A stretch of 64,000 nt of DNA from Callorhinchus milii (taxonomy: Eukaryota): contig NW_024704742.1 in the NCBI RefSeq assembly GCF_018977255.1, positions 59,150,001 to 59,214,000 on the forward strand. The letters run 5' to 3'. Both the position numbers and the translations under genes were made by a program. The stretch's first letter is position 1. Each line of letters starts with the position of its first letter. Shown here piece by piece: positions 13,490-27,410 of the stretch. Under the pieces are notes generated by a model that did not search any database, was not told the origin of the DNA, and worked only from the letters and a program-made list of their open reading frames with translations.

Positions 13490-13850
13490 GGTAAAGGTTA
13501 GTGTGGTCGTCTTGCAATTGAGAGGACCCGGGTTCAATTCCCGGGCAGCGTGAAACCTTAGGCAAGTTTATTTACTCCACACGCCTCTGTTTACCTACAG
13601 TAAGTAGGAACCTGGTTGTCAGTCGATTGGCAGATCGCTTTCCGGGGTTATTAATCTGTCCAAAATAAATAATAATAATTTGGTCACTGAATCACGACTG
13701 TTTGTGGGACACTGCTGTGCACAACTGGCTGCTGCATTTTGCCCATAAAATACACGGTCATTAAACTTTACCGTATACTCTGTGAAGCACTTTAAGACGT
13801 CTCAACGATGTGATAAGGCACAAAATCAAATTCAAGAATTGTTATTACTA
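13490..13850 (+). mobile_element. tRNA-head SINE (head type A) with CORE-like middle and Deu/L2 3' half
   Basis: cttgcaa...ggttcaattcc box B; aaaccttaggcaagtt...actccacacgcctctgtttacc; gactgtttgtgggacactgctgtgc; tail. Confidence 0.85.
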
Positions 13851-14229
13851 TAAGGTATATGAAAAGAAAGATGTGGAGTTGTGGAGGTGATATTTGAAGA
13901 ATTCTTCTATGTTCAAATCTTCCACGGATTGTTAATAGAAAATAAAAATAAAAGCTTTGCAACTGACTGTAAGCTTGCGAACCATTTACAGATTAGACAA
14001 CCACTAACAATGATGATTTTCAGGTTTCTTTAATATGTAACATAATGGGCTTATATTTTACTGAAAAATTATAAATTATTACAAGTGCCAGCCACATACT
14101 AGTGATTCCATTCTATTGCTACCATAGACTGTTGGGGATATCAGGCATAACTGAGGAAATGTATCTACATCAAACATTTATTCCCATAAATATGAGACAC
14201 CGCATATGCAGCAAAAGTTATATTTTATA

Positions 14230-14720
14230 AAGTATAGAATGAGAAAAGGACATTCAGATCATCAAGCCTGCTCCTTCCACAAGTCATACAGATCCTATTT
14301 ATTGTGAATTGTACCCAGCCTTTCTGTCTCTACTAGGAAGTTCTGCATTGAAACTCCCAGATCACAACATCACAAGATTGGTTTGAATGAAGAAGGCCCT
14401 TTAGTCCATCCTTCCAGAATATTCACCACACCATCTTCCCATCACAACATCAAGTTGCTTTATCAATGAATTTAATGTCCTGGCCTCAACCACTCTCGCT
14501 TGGAACCTGTTTCTTTGTGTAAAGACAACTTCCTGGTATCTGTCCTGAAATTGCCCTGAATAACTCTAAATCTATGTCTTGTTGTTCTAAAGTAGAATCA
14601 TCCGATTGATCTGGGTTTACTTTTTCAATCCCATTTAAGATTTTATACACTTCTATGAGATTCCTTGTGAATTGTCTTCTCTCAAGAATGAAGAGCCCAA
14701 GGTTACTAAAACATTGTTCA
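14230..14720 (-). mobile_element. Degenerate CR1 3' fragments
   Basis: gatgaagaaggcc-type tail and ccatttaagattttatacacttctatgag (LIEVYKILNG on the minus strand). Confidence 0.6.
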
Positions 14721-15859
14721 TAGCTACCCAGAAGTCACCTAGTTCAAACTCCAGAATATTCATCCATTTCCAGATCTCCATTGTTTATCCAGTCCCAAGA
14801 CAAACATCTCTTGACAAATGCTGAACAGCAGCAGCACAAAAATAAATGAGATCTTGAGTACCTTATGTATTCAAGCTCTTCTCAACTAGTTGTTTTCAAA
14901 CAAATTATTTTGGTGGCGTCAACTTAATAGTGGCTTTAGTGCTCTTTTTTTCCCTAAATATACTTAGATAACCATAAGAATTGAGGAAATATAGTCATAT
15001 GTAGATCTCATTTATTTCTGTACATTTGACAAACTACATTTGAGAATTCACTTTACAGTGTGTTCTGTGAAGTACTTTGAGACATTTCAATTTGTGATAA
15101 GGTGCCATATCAAATGCAAGGATTATTAATGGTAATGAATTTGAGTAACCAATAGTCTACATCTATTCCTTATACAACAGTTTGTCATTCAGATACTTTT
15201 CCACATTTTCATTTTAAAGAAATTAGTCAAAACAATTTCAATCAAATTTGATGTGAGATGTTCCTTTCTCCAATGTCTCTCCTCACCATTATGTTAACCT
15301 AGTTACGATGGTTCATACGAAAAGTAGGGGGCTTGCTTGATCACAAAGCAGCAATCTCATTAAAGAGGCTCATCATAAACGGTAAGAGTGAAACTTGAAT
15401 GGTTCATAACCATCACTCAACACCCAAAATGCAAAGATAAAATCACTTGCACATTTTCTCAATTCATAGATTGTGGGAGTTGTTTTGACTTGGTTGCTGG
15501 CAGTGTACGTCATGGTGAAACAGTAAGCACAGTTCATGTACTTAAAGCCAATGGTGTAATTTCTGAGGGATAAAAACTTGTGATGCAATCTTCAGCAATC
15601 TCCCATTAATAGTCACATACTTCCATAGTTTCAGTCACCATCAGTTGTGTGGACTTCAGAATGCAATAAGATGGGACAAGAAGAAGACATAAGTTTAGAG
15701 ATGCAAAGAGCAATTTCAGGATAGACACCAATAAACATTTTTTTTTGGTCAGCTGAGTGTCTGACACATGTGGAAACCCATCACCATGCTTAAGAGTACA
15801 CAAACCAAGCTGAGATTTCCATGCATCTTTTTATTTACCCATGGTTGTGTAACCTGCAT

Positions 15860-16247
15860 GTTATTAATCACTTGAAGAGTTTGCTTGAAAAAGCAGTTGA
15901 GGCCAGTGCACTGAACAGAAAGGCCAGACCCTGTGGAACAGTATAGTGAGTATTGCTTGGGGAGGATAGAGATAGCTGGAAAGAAACATTTCGATCTAAA
16001 AGAGAATTTCAGAGGAACTACTTCATGCAGAGAGTAGTGAGATTATGGAACTCGCTATCTGAAATGGTGGTTGAATCAAATAGTATAGATGTATTCAAAA
16101 GGAAGCTAGGTGAATAGGAGGATAAGGGAAGGAATAGGGAGTGAATGGAGACACGCATGGAGTCTAAACACCAGCATGGACTGGTTTGGCTTAGGGGCCT
16201 GTTTCTGTGCTGTACAATTTTTGTAAATCTTTGTGTAAATTTTGCCA
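15860..16247 (+). mobile_element. CR1 3' fragment flanked by a 16 bp direct repeat
   Basis: FMQRVVRLWNSLSEMVVESNSIDVFKRKLGE; catggttgtgtaacct at 15840-15855 and 16248-16263. Confidence 0.7.
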
Positions 16248-16899
16248 CATGGTTGTGTAACCTACATTCTATTCTAGTGCTTATTCGTTCTCATTAAGTC
16301 TTCACACTGTGCCAGTTAATATGGCTGATTAATTGCCTGGAAATAAGAGTTTATTAATTCTGTATCTTATCAATATTATTGAAGATGCTAACAAATGTTC
16401 TTTACTTAGAATCCCCTCTCAGCCAACAAACTAACCATTCACTCAAATTCAAGATAACCTGATTTCTGAAGTTGATTGGAGACATACCATTCAAAATTAT
16501 TTTTGTCATGCGGAATCATCATTAGTTGTATTATATGCTGTGTGTTAAAATGAACTAATTTCTATTTCAGATACTCTGTTTATACAATGTTAACATCAAT
16601 CAAACTGTTTTTCTTCTACACACTTGAGTAAGAATGGTCAGGAAAGCTAAGTGGTGTTGAGACTCAGTCTAAATTGATCTGCTTCATTTATTATTTATAG
16701 TGTCAATAGAAAGTCTTTGACCATTGCAAAAAATATCAGACCACCAATAAAATGGAACAGGTTTATGTTACCAAACAGCTTTATGTATAGATCTGCACAG
16801 TTGCGAGTACCTGGTAACCTTCATTCGGCTGAAATATCACCGAAATATCATTATTATCATATTACAAAAACAACAGAAACTTTATCAAATGCAAAGGTT

Positions 16900-17304
16900 A
16901 TAATAATCACTGCATTTGATTTAGCGCCTTTTATGTTGGAAGGATGTCTCAAAGTAATTCACATGATATATTGTAAAGTTTAGTTTTGTAGGTAAATATG
17001 GCAGCTGATTGGCACACAGCAATATTCCACACACAGCAACAAAGTGAATGATCAATTTTATTTGGGGGACTGGTGGCCAGGACATTGGGAGAAACTCCCT
17101 TCTCTTTTCAAAGATATTTATCTTTCAGCTGAATAGGGAGGCAGGCTTGGTTTAACATCTTATCCAAAGGATGACACTTCTAACATCACTCTCCTATGAC
17201 AGTATTGGAGTGTCATCTTAGATTGTGAATTCAAACACGCAGCTTCAATCCACAACCTTCTGACTCAGAAACAAGAAAGCTACCCAACTGAGCCAGGCAG
17301 ACAC
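16900..17304 (-). mobile_element. Deu-type SINE (head type B), near full length
   Basis: Colinear with the copies at 391-775 and 2144-2538. Confidence 0.8.
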
Positions 17305-18842
17305 CCTAACAACAATTTAGAACTCATAGAAACAATCTGATCCACTTTTGTCTAAAGTCATTGTGCCAACTATAATAATAACGATGGAACACTACACTTA
17401 TTTGGTGATTGGACCATCCAAATCCATGTGTGTTTCAATTCATCTCTGGGTGTTTGTTAGAATGGAGGTGAGGGCTACATTCATAATTTTGAAATAGATA
17501 CAAACACAGTCCTGTGGGTTGCTGTACAAGCATCCTTGTACTGTATTGCATTGTGCTCAATCAGCACCTTTGTTGCTGCTATAAAGGTGCAGAATAATTC
17601 TGAGTTCAGCCAGCATAAATCCCACTGGAGCCTTTGCTGCTGAGCCCATTTTGAAGGGATAATTTCCAGGCTTTGTTCTGTGTTGCACAGCAATGCAAAT
17701 GGTGCCTGGCTCTGCTTCCAATTGCAGCCAGCCACTCTTTAATAACATGTAAAATGAACACCTGATTTCAATTGTGTTTCCTTTGGCAGCCTCCAGTCCA
17801 TTCAAAGAGGAATGCAAAGTATAAATCAGGTTTCACTACTACTGGAAATGATATTGCCTTGCTTCCAGGAATGTAAACACAGCATAGGATTGCCAGGAAC
17901 TGAGATCTTATTCCCTTCTTCCAATTACACTGGTAGACACTGGACACATGTGGAAATGAACATAAATAAATAACTTTCATTCTAATAGTGCCTTATCACA
18001 TCAACATATCAAAGCATTAACTATCAAAAATAGTGACTATATTTACAGATAAGATGCAAGAGCTATGTTGTACCAATAAAGAGGCATGAGCCCTCAAATA
18101 CACCATCACTATAATTCCCAGGAAAAACGTACTTTAAAAATTTGTGAACCAATTTGAGACACGTTGATGATGTGATAAGGTGCTATATCAAATGGAAGGA
18201 TTATCATTATATGAGGGGAATGGCCAATTAACATAGAGGATTGTTGGCCAGAACACAGAGAGAAACTCCCTTATATTTTTAAACAATCATAAAACATTTA
18301 AAATATCATAAAACAGGTCTACCAGATCAGTGAGAAGGGTATCAAGTTGTGATATTACCAGGTATTTATTGTACTTGTCAGCTCCTTCCAAAAGATCACT
18401 AAACGGGTTGACAAATCTAGGGAAAATAGGAGGTTTTTTTAGGGAGAATGGGAGTTTCTCCCAGTGTCCTGGGCAACAATCCCGTAATAAAATTGGTCAC
18501 TCACTCTATGGCTGTGGGATATTGCTGTGTGCAAATTGGCTGATGTGCTTTCCCAAAAAAGCCATACAGTCACATAACTTACAATCAGTATATACTGTGA
18601 AGCACTTTGAGATATCTCGATGATGTGATAAAGCACTATATCAAATGCAAGAATTATTATTATTATAAGATAGCAACACTCAACACACTGGACAAGGAAC
18701 AAAACAAAGGGTTTCCAGTCAGTATATATATAATTAATATGTTCAAATTGAATTAGTTTAAATTCATTATTTACTTTACTGCTTCTCAGTTATAATCTTA
18801 TATTTGTGGTGTCAACAATGTCTATAACACAAGCACAATGTG

Positions 18843-19240
18843 TCCTGTAGCTTAGTGGTTAGATCACTCGCGCTCGCCTGCAATCGAGAGAACTTGGGTT
18901 TGATTCCCATCAGGGCGAAACGTTAGGCACGTTTCCTTACTCCACATGCTTCCGTTTACCAAGCAGTAAGTAGGAACCTGGTTGTTAGTTGATTGGAGGA
19001 ATGCTTTTCCTGGGGTAATAATCACTACAAAAATAATATTACGAAATAATAATGAAAATTATTTGGTCACTCAATCCACAATTGTTTGTGGGACACTGTT
19101 GTGCGCAATTGGCTGCCACGTTTCACCCACAAAATATACAGTCAATTCACTTTACAGTATTTTCTGTAAATCAGTTTGAGACGTCGCAAAGATGTAAATA
19201 AGGCACTATATCAAATGCAACAATTATTATTGTTATTATT
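18843..19240 (+). mobile_element. SINE, head type A, near full length
   Basis: gtagcttagtggttag box A, gggtttgattccc box B, CORE-like middle, Deu-like 3' half, (TTA)n tail. Confidence 0.85.
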
Positions 19241-19859
19241 TAAGATTGCTATTATTTAAGATTGCAAATGTTTATCTGAAAATCAAACACATTTCTACAG
19301 CTGTTTTTTGTGACACCTGCAAGTAAGTAACTCCATCTAGTGATCTCTCTTGTCCACTCCATACTTTGAATATAATTTATATTTCTTTCAAGATGTAGTC
19401 TGCGGTTACATTTGATGGTTTAGGCATCATAGAGCTGATTCACACTGTTTCAATAAATTAGTTATAGGTCACAACTGCAACTAACAATTGTTTGATTCTC
19501 AGCATTACTCTAACTTTACTGCATATAAACTTTATGCAAAGCACACCTCATTATTGTCAGTGAGGTATGTGTTTTTATCAAAGTAAAACACAGGATATTA
19601 AGCATGTGTCCACTTGGCAAGGTACCTTGTTCATACTTTTTGGAGTAGGTGATATCCCAAAGAGGATGTAGGAAGCCATATAATGTAGAGTTCTTCAACT
19701 TCCAAAAGGTGTTTGTCAAAGTATCATTTGAAAGAATCTTTTACAAACTGATGTCATTTCGAGGCAGCGCAGAGAAGAGAAAGGGGATTATGCCCATTGT
19801 TAGAGGAATGATCTATGAGCAACAATTAAACAAGTTTAATTAAACCAGTGAAGTCCTGA

Positions 19860-20220
19860 AGTGTACTGGTTAGAGCACACACCTCGCAAGCGAGAGGACC
19901 TGCATTAGAATCCTAGGCAGGGCAAAACACTGAACAAGTTTCCTTACTCTACACGCCTCTGTTTACCTAATAGTAAGCAGGAGCCCGATTTTTAGTTGAG
20001 TGGCGGATTTCTTTTCTGAGGGTAATAATCAGTTAAAAAAATTGTAAAAAATTCTCACCAAATCCACAACTGTTTGTGGGATACTGCTGTGCACAATTGC
20101 TGTCGCATTTCACCCACAAAATATACAGTCAATTCACTTTACAGAATATTCTGCGATGCACTTTGAAGACGTGATAAGGCACTATATCAAATGCAAGGAT
20201 TATTGTACTATTATTATTAA
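19860..20220 (+). mobile_element. SINE, head type A
   Basis: Colinear with 18843-19240. Confidence 0.85.
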
Positions 20221-23200
20221 GTTGGGACTTTTCAATCTTGAAATGAGAGGTCAAGGAGGTATATAATGGAAGTAATTTATGGAGGTTTACAAAGTTATCA
20301 ATGGGATGAGAAGGTAAACCAAAACCAAGGGTTTCAGTGTACCAAGGCAGTAGAACAAGTGGGCACAGATTTAGGACTGCAAGGTTTGGGATTCTTAATG
20401 GCAATTCCAGGACAGACACCAAGACATTTTTCCCCTAAGATAATTATGACTAGAATGGGTTACCAGAAAGGATTGTTGAGGCCAGGACAGAGTGGGTATT
20501 TTGGAAACATCACATCAAATGGACCAGAGGGCGATCTTCCTCTAAACCAGTATTGAGTCATAAATAGTGGACAGTTACACTGGTTTTAAATATACTGTTT
20601 AACATAACCTTTGTGATGTGATGCTTTGTTGAAAAATCATATCTTGGTGCACTTGAAAACTCCACAACAACAATTTGCATTTACATAGTGCCCTCCACAG
20701 TGTATTACATGAAGCACTTTGAGACATCCTCCCAACATAAAATGCTCTGTACCAAATGTATAAGTAGTTACAACATAAACCATAATGACCAGGGCACAAT
20801 AAAATTCAATGCGATTTTGGATGCAAAATGTACAACCAACCGCAGTGCAAGCATCAGGGACGATGAGGGCAGAGATTCTTGACAGAATGGGAGAGGAACT
20901 ACTTTTGGATAGATCTGTTAAAGATAAACAGAATCCCTTCAAAACCATTATGAAAAATAAGCGAGATAAAAAGATGCCTAAATACACTACAGGCAAATTT
21001 AACAAAAATGTTCCAAAATGAAAACAGAAAAATATTGAGATTTAGAAACAAATAATATAAACTTTTAATAAGAAGGGAGAAGGTAAACATTAGGCTGTAG
21101 AGAAGGAGATAAGAAAACAGGCAAAAATAACACAAACATCTCCTTCAATAATTAACAGAAAGACAATAGCTTGAGAGAGTTGAAGTCTAAGGCATCCTAA
21201 TGTAACAAAAATAATCCTTGTATTTGATATGGCACCTTTCACATCAGGAATATACACTTGACAGGATTTTACTATAGTGACTGTGTATTTTGTAGGCTAA
21301 ATAGGTGGATGAAAGGGAGAGAATAAACATTAGATTAACTACAACAGAAAATAAACCTCTGTTACATAAATAGAATAAATAGAATCTAGAGTGTTGTGCT
21401 GGTCATTTGGAGGAAGCATCTGTTAAAGTCAGACTGCACAGTTGATCTGGAAGTATGGAGTAGGCTTTGAGTGAAGACCAGAATATAAATTTAGAAGCCA
21501 AACAATCTGTTAGTGGAAGGCTGCAAATTAATTTGGGACCTTGGAAGAGATGCCTCAGAATTGCATTAGACTTAATAGAAGTCAGCTGAAGCCTGGTATG
21601 TTTTAAGCAGTAACTTAAAGAATTGATTTGGAGCCATAACATTTACATTCAGAAACCTTGATCATAATTCAAGAATTATGGAATATTCAATCAGATAAGC
21701 CCTGAAGTCTTGAGAAAACTATCACTGAACCAACCTGCATATTGATGTAAAATACTGCACTAAAACAATGGCAAACTGGCCTTGGTCCTGATTTTTGGTT
21801 CAGTTTGTTGCAGTTGTTGCCAACTCATCAAACTGATACTGTGTGCAAATCAATAGCATGACAATCTCTCTCAACTACAGTTCTCATCAGGTCAAGCACA
21901 GATTGCTAAATTAATTAATAGACCACCCTGTCTCCCCATGTTAAGCTAACCATTCCCCCAGTAGGCTCTCCCATGCTTTTATCATTGTACAATAGTTATA
22001 ATTTTCTCCCTGAAGCGATTTCTTGCTCTCCCAATTTTCAGCTGTATTTAGGAGCTCACCACAAGTGTCTATCCTAATTCACAACAAAGACCTCAAAAAG
22101 TCTGCCTCAATCATACCAGTTATATCTGAGTAGATTTTGGTTCTTTCTCCCATTTCCAGGCTGATCCCAGTCTTGAAAAGAACAAAACAACAATTTGCAT
22201 TTATATAGCACCATTCTCTCAAGGCTGTGCTTGGAGTGCTAACAATTTACAGTATTTTACTCAGTTGTTAATTCCCCAATCATTGTTAAACTGATTTGGT
22301 CTTTTCTCAATGATTTGGTCTGAGTTATCAATATGGGAATTGATACATTCTCTTATTCTTTTCTATCCACTGATGACATTAGGCAAATCCATCTGAATTC
22401 ATAACCTTATCCTCAGTCTCAAGACAAAAAGAGCAGGTCACATAAACACATGCCACACCAGCCATGCTCTGGGTGCCACCAAGTGAGACGACAGCATAAG
22501 TTACAATTAATTTAAAAATATTATTTCTCAGCAATAAAAAGACCCTACAAATGATGTAGTACCTTATCCTGTCTCGAGACATTTCCAAAGCACCTCACCG
22601 GATTACTGTTAAGTGGAATAACTGTACAATTTTTAGGCTTGCCCCTGCTGCATAAGAAGTGACTTTCTTCCCATCATTCTGGAGTGCAACTGAATCTGGA
22701 TTTCCACAAGGGAAAAAGCATACTATTTCACTGATATTAAACCTATTAATCCTTCACTATGCAATTTGGTAAAGGTACTGTCTCCCCTAATTTGGCCCTT
22801 CCAGGTTATGCAGAATTTCTAGCTGAAAATTGTAGACAGGCTATCAACTTCCTGGCATGCCTGAGTAACTTCAGTTGATGCACCTCTCGATTTGTTTCCC
22901 CTACAAGATGTTTGGCCTCCAATTGGCAGGATCTAAATCATTGCATTTCTTAAATAGATTCCTAAATAAGGAGTCCTATTGGAATTCTGAGCAACCCACT
23001 GGAACTCCAGGTGGAATTAGACCACTGCAGAGAGGTGACATATTTTTGGTTACCAGATGGAGTCTCCATTTGTGCGACTCAGATTCCTTATTATACAACA
23101 CTTTACACCCTTGTATTTGCTCCCAGGGAGTGCATTGTTCTCCAGTTTCAATCCTCCATTTACTGTTATAGTTATGTCTGATAGTTATGTTTGATCCCAT

Positions 23201-24174
23201 TGTTTTATATCTTCCATTGTTGTATGGTAGCCTAGGGTTGCTAGTTTTTTAATAAAGGAACTGTTGTTTCCACCAAATGTATCCTCAAGTCTCTGTAGTA
23301 TTCTAGACAAGAAAAGGAGTAAGCACTTCGGAGGGTAGTTGTCAACATCAGAGGTCTACTCGTGTGAGCAGACTCCGATTAGATATTCCAGTTACTGGCA
23401 TTGGGGTTATCTGGGAATACCTGTCTGTGTGTGAATCTGACTTGGTTGAGTCACCTTTGAAACAGGGATTCACACCGACAGGGTTAGGGGAGAAGCAGAG
23501 GCCGCTAGGTATGAAAGCGTTAACAAAATTTGCATGTACATCAATTTTTCAGCCTTGTCAGTTTACATCTCAATGGCATATCTAATTTTTTTAAATGTAA
23601 TCATTTTGCCTTTGATTCCATTGTTAGTTCTATTATTAATGTTCTTACTTTGTTTTTATAAGTCTGGTTGACCACATAAATGTAGCTGACAAATCAAGTA
23701 TCAAGCTGTACATATGCACCTGAATTAAATGGAAATTTGACTTAAATTGTGGAAGTACAAGTTATTGTGCTGGGTATCATGCATCACTGGATTTATTTAA
23801 TGAGTGCAAAACACCTATAATTTATGATCTAATAACATTCATGAATCATGAAGAAGGCCAAAAAGTTATAATGTTGAAACAGGAAATATTTTTAATTTAA
23901 AAGGGAAGCGCTATCCATAGCCAAGAAGTGTGATTTAGGATAGAATTTGTGCTATTTTTGCGTATATGGGAAGGTGTAAGTGCAGTGGCAACAATGGAAA
24001 CAATACCATTGAATTGCTGGTAACACAAAAAATGGATGTGAGTGAGTTTACCAATGGCCAAATGCTTTGCAATCCAGGTTAATGCTAAATGTTCTCATAC
24101 TATGAGTCAAGTACCATTTGTAGCTGGTGCTTTTTTAAAATTTTCATCACTTTTTTTTGGATATTATTTCACTA

Positions 24175-24478
24175 GCATCAATCTAGAGCACTCGGTTTGC
24201 AAGTGAGAGACCTGAGTTCAATTCCAGGCAGGGCGAAACCTTGGGCAAGTTTCCTTACTCCACACGCCTAATAATAATCCCTCCAAAAAAAAACAGTAAT
24301 AAAATTGGTCATTTTCAATCCATATGACTGTTTGTGGGACATTGCTGTGCGCAATTGGCTGCCGCGTTTGCCCACAAATATACAGTCAATTCACTTTACA
24401 GTGTATTCTGTGAAGCGCTTTGGGACGTCCTCCCGACGTGAAAAGCGCTATATCAAATGCAACGATTATTATTATTAT
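24175..24478 (+). mobile_element. Young SINE, head type A, with internal deletion
   Basis: gagttcaattccaggcagggcgaaaccttgggcaagtttccttactccacacgcct; CpG-intact 3' half; (TTA)n tail. Confidence 0.9.
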
Positions 24479-25160
24479 AAATACCAATGTAAGAAGACAA
24501 TAAAAATATCATCTATCAGGACAATATGGAGGTGAAATAAAATGCAATCTTTTCAATATTCGACAAACAAAATGCAGTTCATTTACCGCTTAATTTTATC
24601 AAGAGACTGTAGTACACTGCTGCAATCTAATTCTCTTTTTTATGTAAAACGTATGTCTTTTAATGTTCTTTTGTTCAGAATGAATTTCTGCAAGAATGAT
24701 TAAATTAGATGCATGGCACAAAGACTTCAAATTGAACATGGTTATCTGCAGTTTATAGAAATCCTAAACCATCAGGGACATTTTTGGCAATCTGGTTTTG
24801 CACTTCTCTGTAGTCAATTGCAACATTGTATAACAAAAGTTCATTACTGACTGCACAAAATCTCATCCAATAGAGACTGAGGTTACAAGACCTGCCTTCA
24901 TGCTAACTGCATATTTAACTCCTTCTGTATAATAATAGAATAATAATCCTTCAGTTGATATAGCTCCTTATCGCTTCATCAAAACATCTTAAAGTGCTTT
25001 ACAGAATTTACTGTAAAGTGCAGTGATTAAATATTTCTAGGCAAAATACACATTTTTATTAAGATTGGACACTGTTGGCCAAATATGGCAAAGAACACAT
25101 TGTAAAACTATTATCTCACATGTATGCAACAAAGAGTTACATAATTGATAATTAACTTAC

Positions 25161-25259
25161 CATCCCAGATGCATACTCTGTCGAGCTCTTTTTATAAGAT
25201 CTTGGCAGCTCATCTAATTCCATAGTGATAGTTTCCCCAAGCCCAATGCCCGATTTAAC
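25161..25259 (-). CDS. Internal coding exon (phase 0 to 0, 99 bp): VKSGIGLGETITMELDELPRSYKKSSTEYASGM
   Basis: Acceptor ttaaatttgtag|GTT, consensus donor ATG|gtaagt, 33 open codons, phase-compatible with the 29988 exon. Confidence 0.7.
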
Positions 25260-25429
25260 CTACAAATTTAATCAACTCGCATTCCTTGTAGACTGCGATT
25301 TATGCCAAAATGCTCACAGTGAATTTGTGTTACCTACAATCCATCGAATGAGGGCTCAATCTTGCACTTGTTGGATTTCAAATACCTTGTGACTATTTTT
25401 AACAGTCTCAATCGCAGTCCACTTTCTGA

Positions 25430-25725
25430 ACCAGGCAGGTCTGCAGTATTTCGAGGCACTACTGATGTCAGCCCAGTCAGCCTGCCTGATCAGCAGGATT
25501 TGGAGGGATACTGAGGGCAGGGATTCTTCCCACTTGGCTCCCTTTAAACCTGCAAGCCAAAGCCCTTATGGAAATGCTGGTCCTTGCCGGATGAATATTG
25601 GGAAGCTTGTCAGCCAGTGCTTTCAATAGCAAGCTACGTGGTATTAGTTGGTTGAACTCCAGCACTATCCCAACACACAATAAGGTCCCCAAGCTTTGAT
25701 TCTCATCAACCTGTACTTAAAAGAA
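25430..25725 (+). repeat. Unclassified interspersed repeat, 5' part
   Basis: Aligns with 60020-60265 (actgagggca...cctgcaagccaaagc...gcaagcta...actccagca). Confidence 0.7.
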
Positions 25726-25955
25726 TTCTTAAAAAAAATAATGATAGTAAAGAATTGGTTACTCAATCCACAAGTTTTTCTGTGCTGTGTACAATTGGCT
25801 GCCGTGTTTCACCTAGAATATATGCAGTCAATTCAATTTACAGTACATTCTTTGAAGTCCTTTGAGATGTCTCAAAGATGTGATAAAACACTATATCAAA
25901 TGCAAGGATTATTATTGTAATACTCCCCAAATTTAAGCAGAGTGCATCACTCCAC

Positions 25956-26168
<213 letters not shown>

Positions 26169-27169
26169 GAGATTATGCATTCAATTATAGGCACAAGGAA
26201 ATTTTCACATGTAACTGTCTTAACTCTTAGCCATAATCCATGTGTCAGACATCTGGCTGACCAAAAAAAAACAATGTCCAAAATCTGGAGATCACAAGAT
26301 ATTTAGACAACATATGCTTATGTCCTTTCCTGCAAACAGGCTCCAAAAAATAGTCATTTAATATGTATACTAACTAACTGTTTGCCCATGTTTTTCAACT
26401 CCCTTTGGGTCCCTAAAAGTTTTAATTACCCCTTAAACGAACTTCTTGCTATCTTGATATGTGAAGAGTTGTTTGGCATTGTGTTTTGCACCTGCTGCTG
26501 TGCTCCTTCTCAGATTTCTCTTGGCTTCACAAACCTTTTTTAACTGCTTCTGTATATTCTTACAATACAATAGCCCAGCTGTTTGCTGGATGAAACTAAA
26601 CTCAAGTTAACTGTACTCCCAGTATAACTTATCTTAGTTGTTATTCAACTCTTATCTTTTCAATATTGTGTTTCTTGAAATGTTAAGTGAATTGATTCTG
26701 TGGTGAATGCTTAGAGATTTTCAGAATTTGGCATCAGTAACGGAGGCAAGCTAAGACCACGAATCTCAATAGAAAGCAGACATACCACTAATATGAATTG
26801 TCAACATTAGATGGATTTCTTCAACTTTGTCCCTTTTCTTGAAGATTACAAATATGTAACCCTAATAATATTATCATGTAGAGGGGCACTTCACAGGAGT
26901 TTCTGTTGACCATGACACTGGGAGAATCTCCCTTCACATTTCAAATAGTCCAATGGGATCTTTAACGCCCACACTTACAGGCAGATGCGATCTTGGTTTA
27001 ATTTTTCTTCTGAAGAACACCTCCAACAATGTAACACACTCCCAGCACTGCACTGGGAATGTCAACCTGTGCTATGTGAGTTCAAAGTTTCAACTCAATA
27101 TGTGGCTTGAACTCTAACCCTGGCAGCACAATTGCACATAGCAGTGTCCCACATGAACAGTTCATGACA

Positions 27170-27410
27170 AATTTTATTTGGTCAGGACACAGAGAGAATC
27201 TCCCTTCTCAAGTAGTACCATGGGATCTAACGTCTACCTGAAAACAGGCAGACGGGGCCACAGTTTAATGTCTCATCTGAAGGATGGCACCTCTGACAAT
27301 GCAACACCCTCCCAGCACTGCATTGGAGTGTCATCTGTAGACTGCGCAAGTTCAAGTCCCGACATAGGATAGAAACCCACAACCTTCTGACGCAGAGGCG
27401 AGAGTGCTTA
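27170..27410 (-). mobile_element. Deu-type SINE (head type B), 5' half; a second degenerate copy lies at about 26905-27115
   Basis: ccatgggatctaacgtc...tctcatctgaaggatggcacctctgacaatgca...cccacaaccttctgacgcagaggcgagagtgct. Confidence 0.8.

Noticed and set aside
16487..16536. About 50 bp minus-strand exon candidate HIIQLMMIPHDKNNFEW
   Set aside because: Weak acceptor, and no convincing phase-2 partner downstream.
18843..18920. tRNA-Ala-like gene
   Set aside because: It is a SINE head that runs into the SINE body, with no intact cloverleaf; the same applies at 13490, 24175, 36315 and 47345.
20809..21021. 70 aa Lys-rich ORF
   Set aside because: Looks like degenerate CR1 ORF2; no splice support.
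26428..26550. Exon-like minus-strand frame KQLKKVCEAKRNLRR
   Set aside because: Has an in-frame stop and resembles the CR1 ORF2 tether region.
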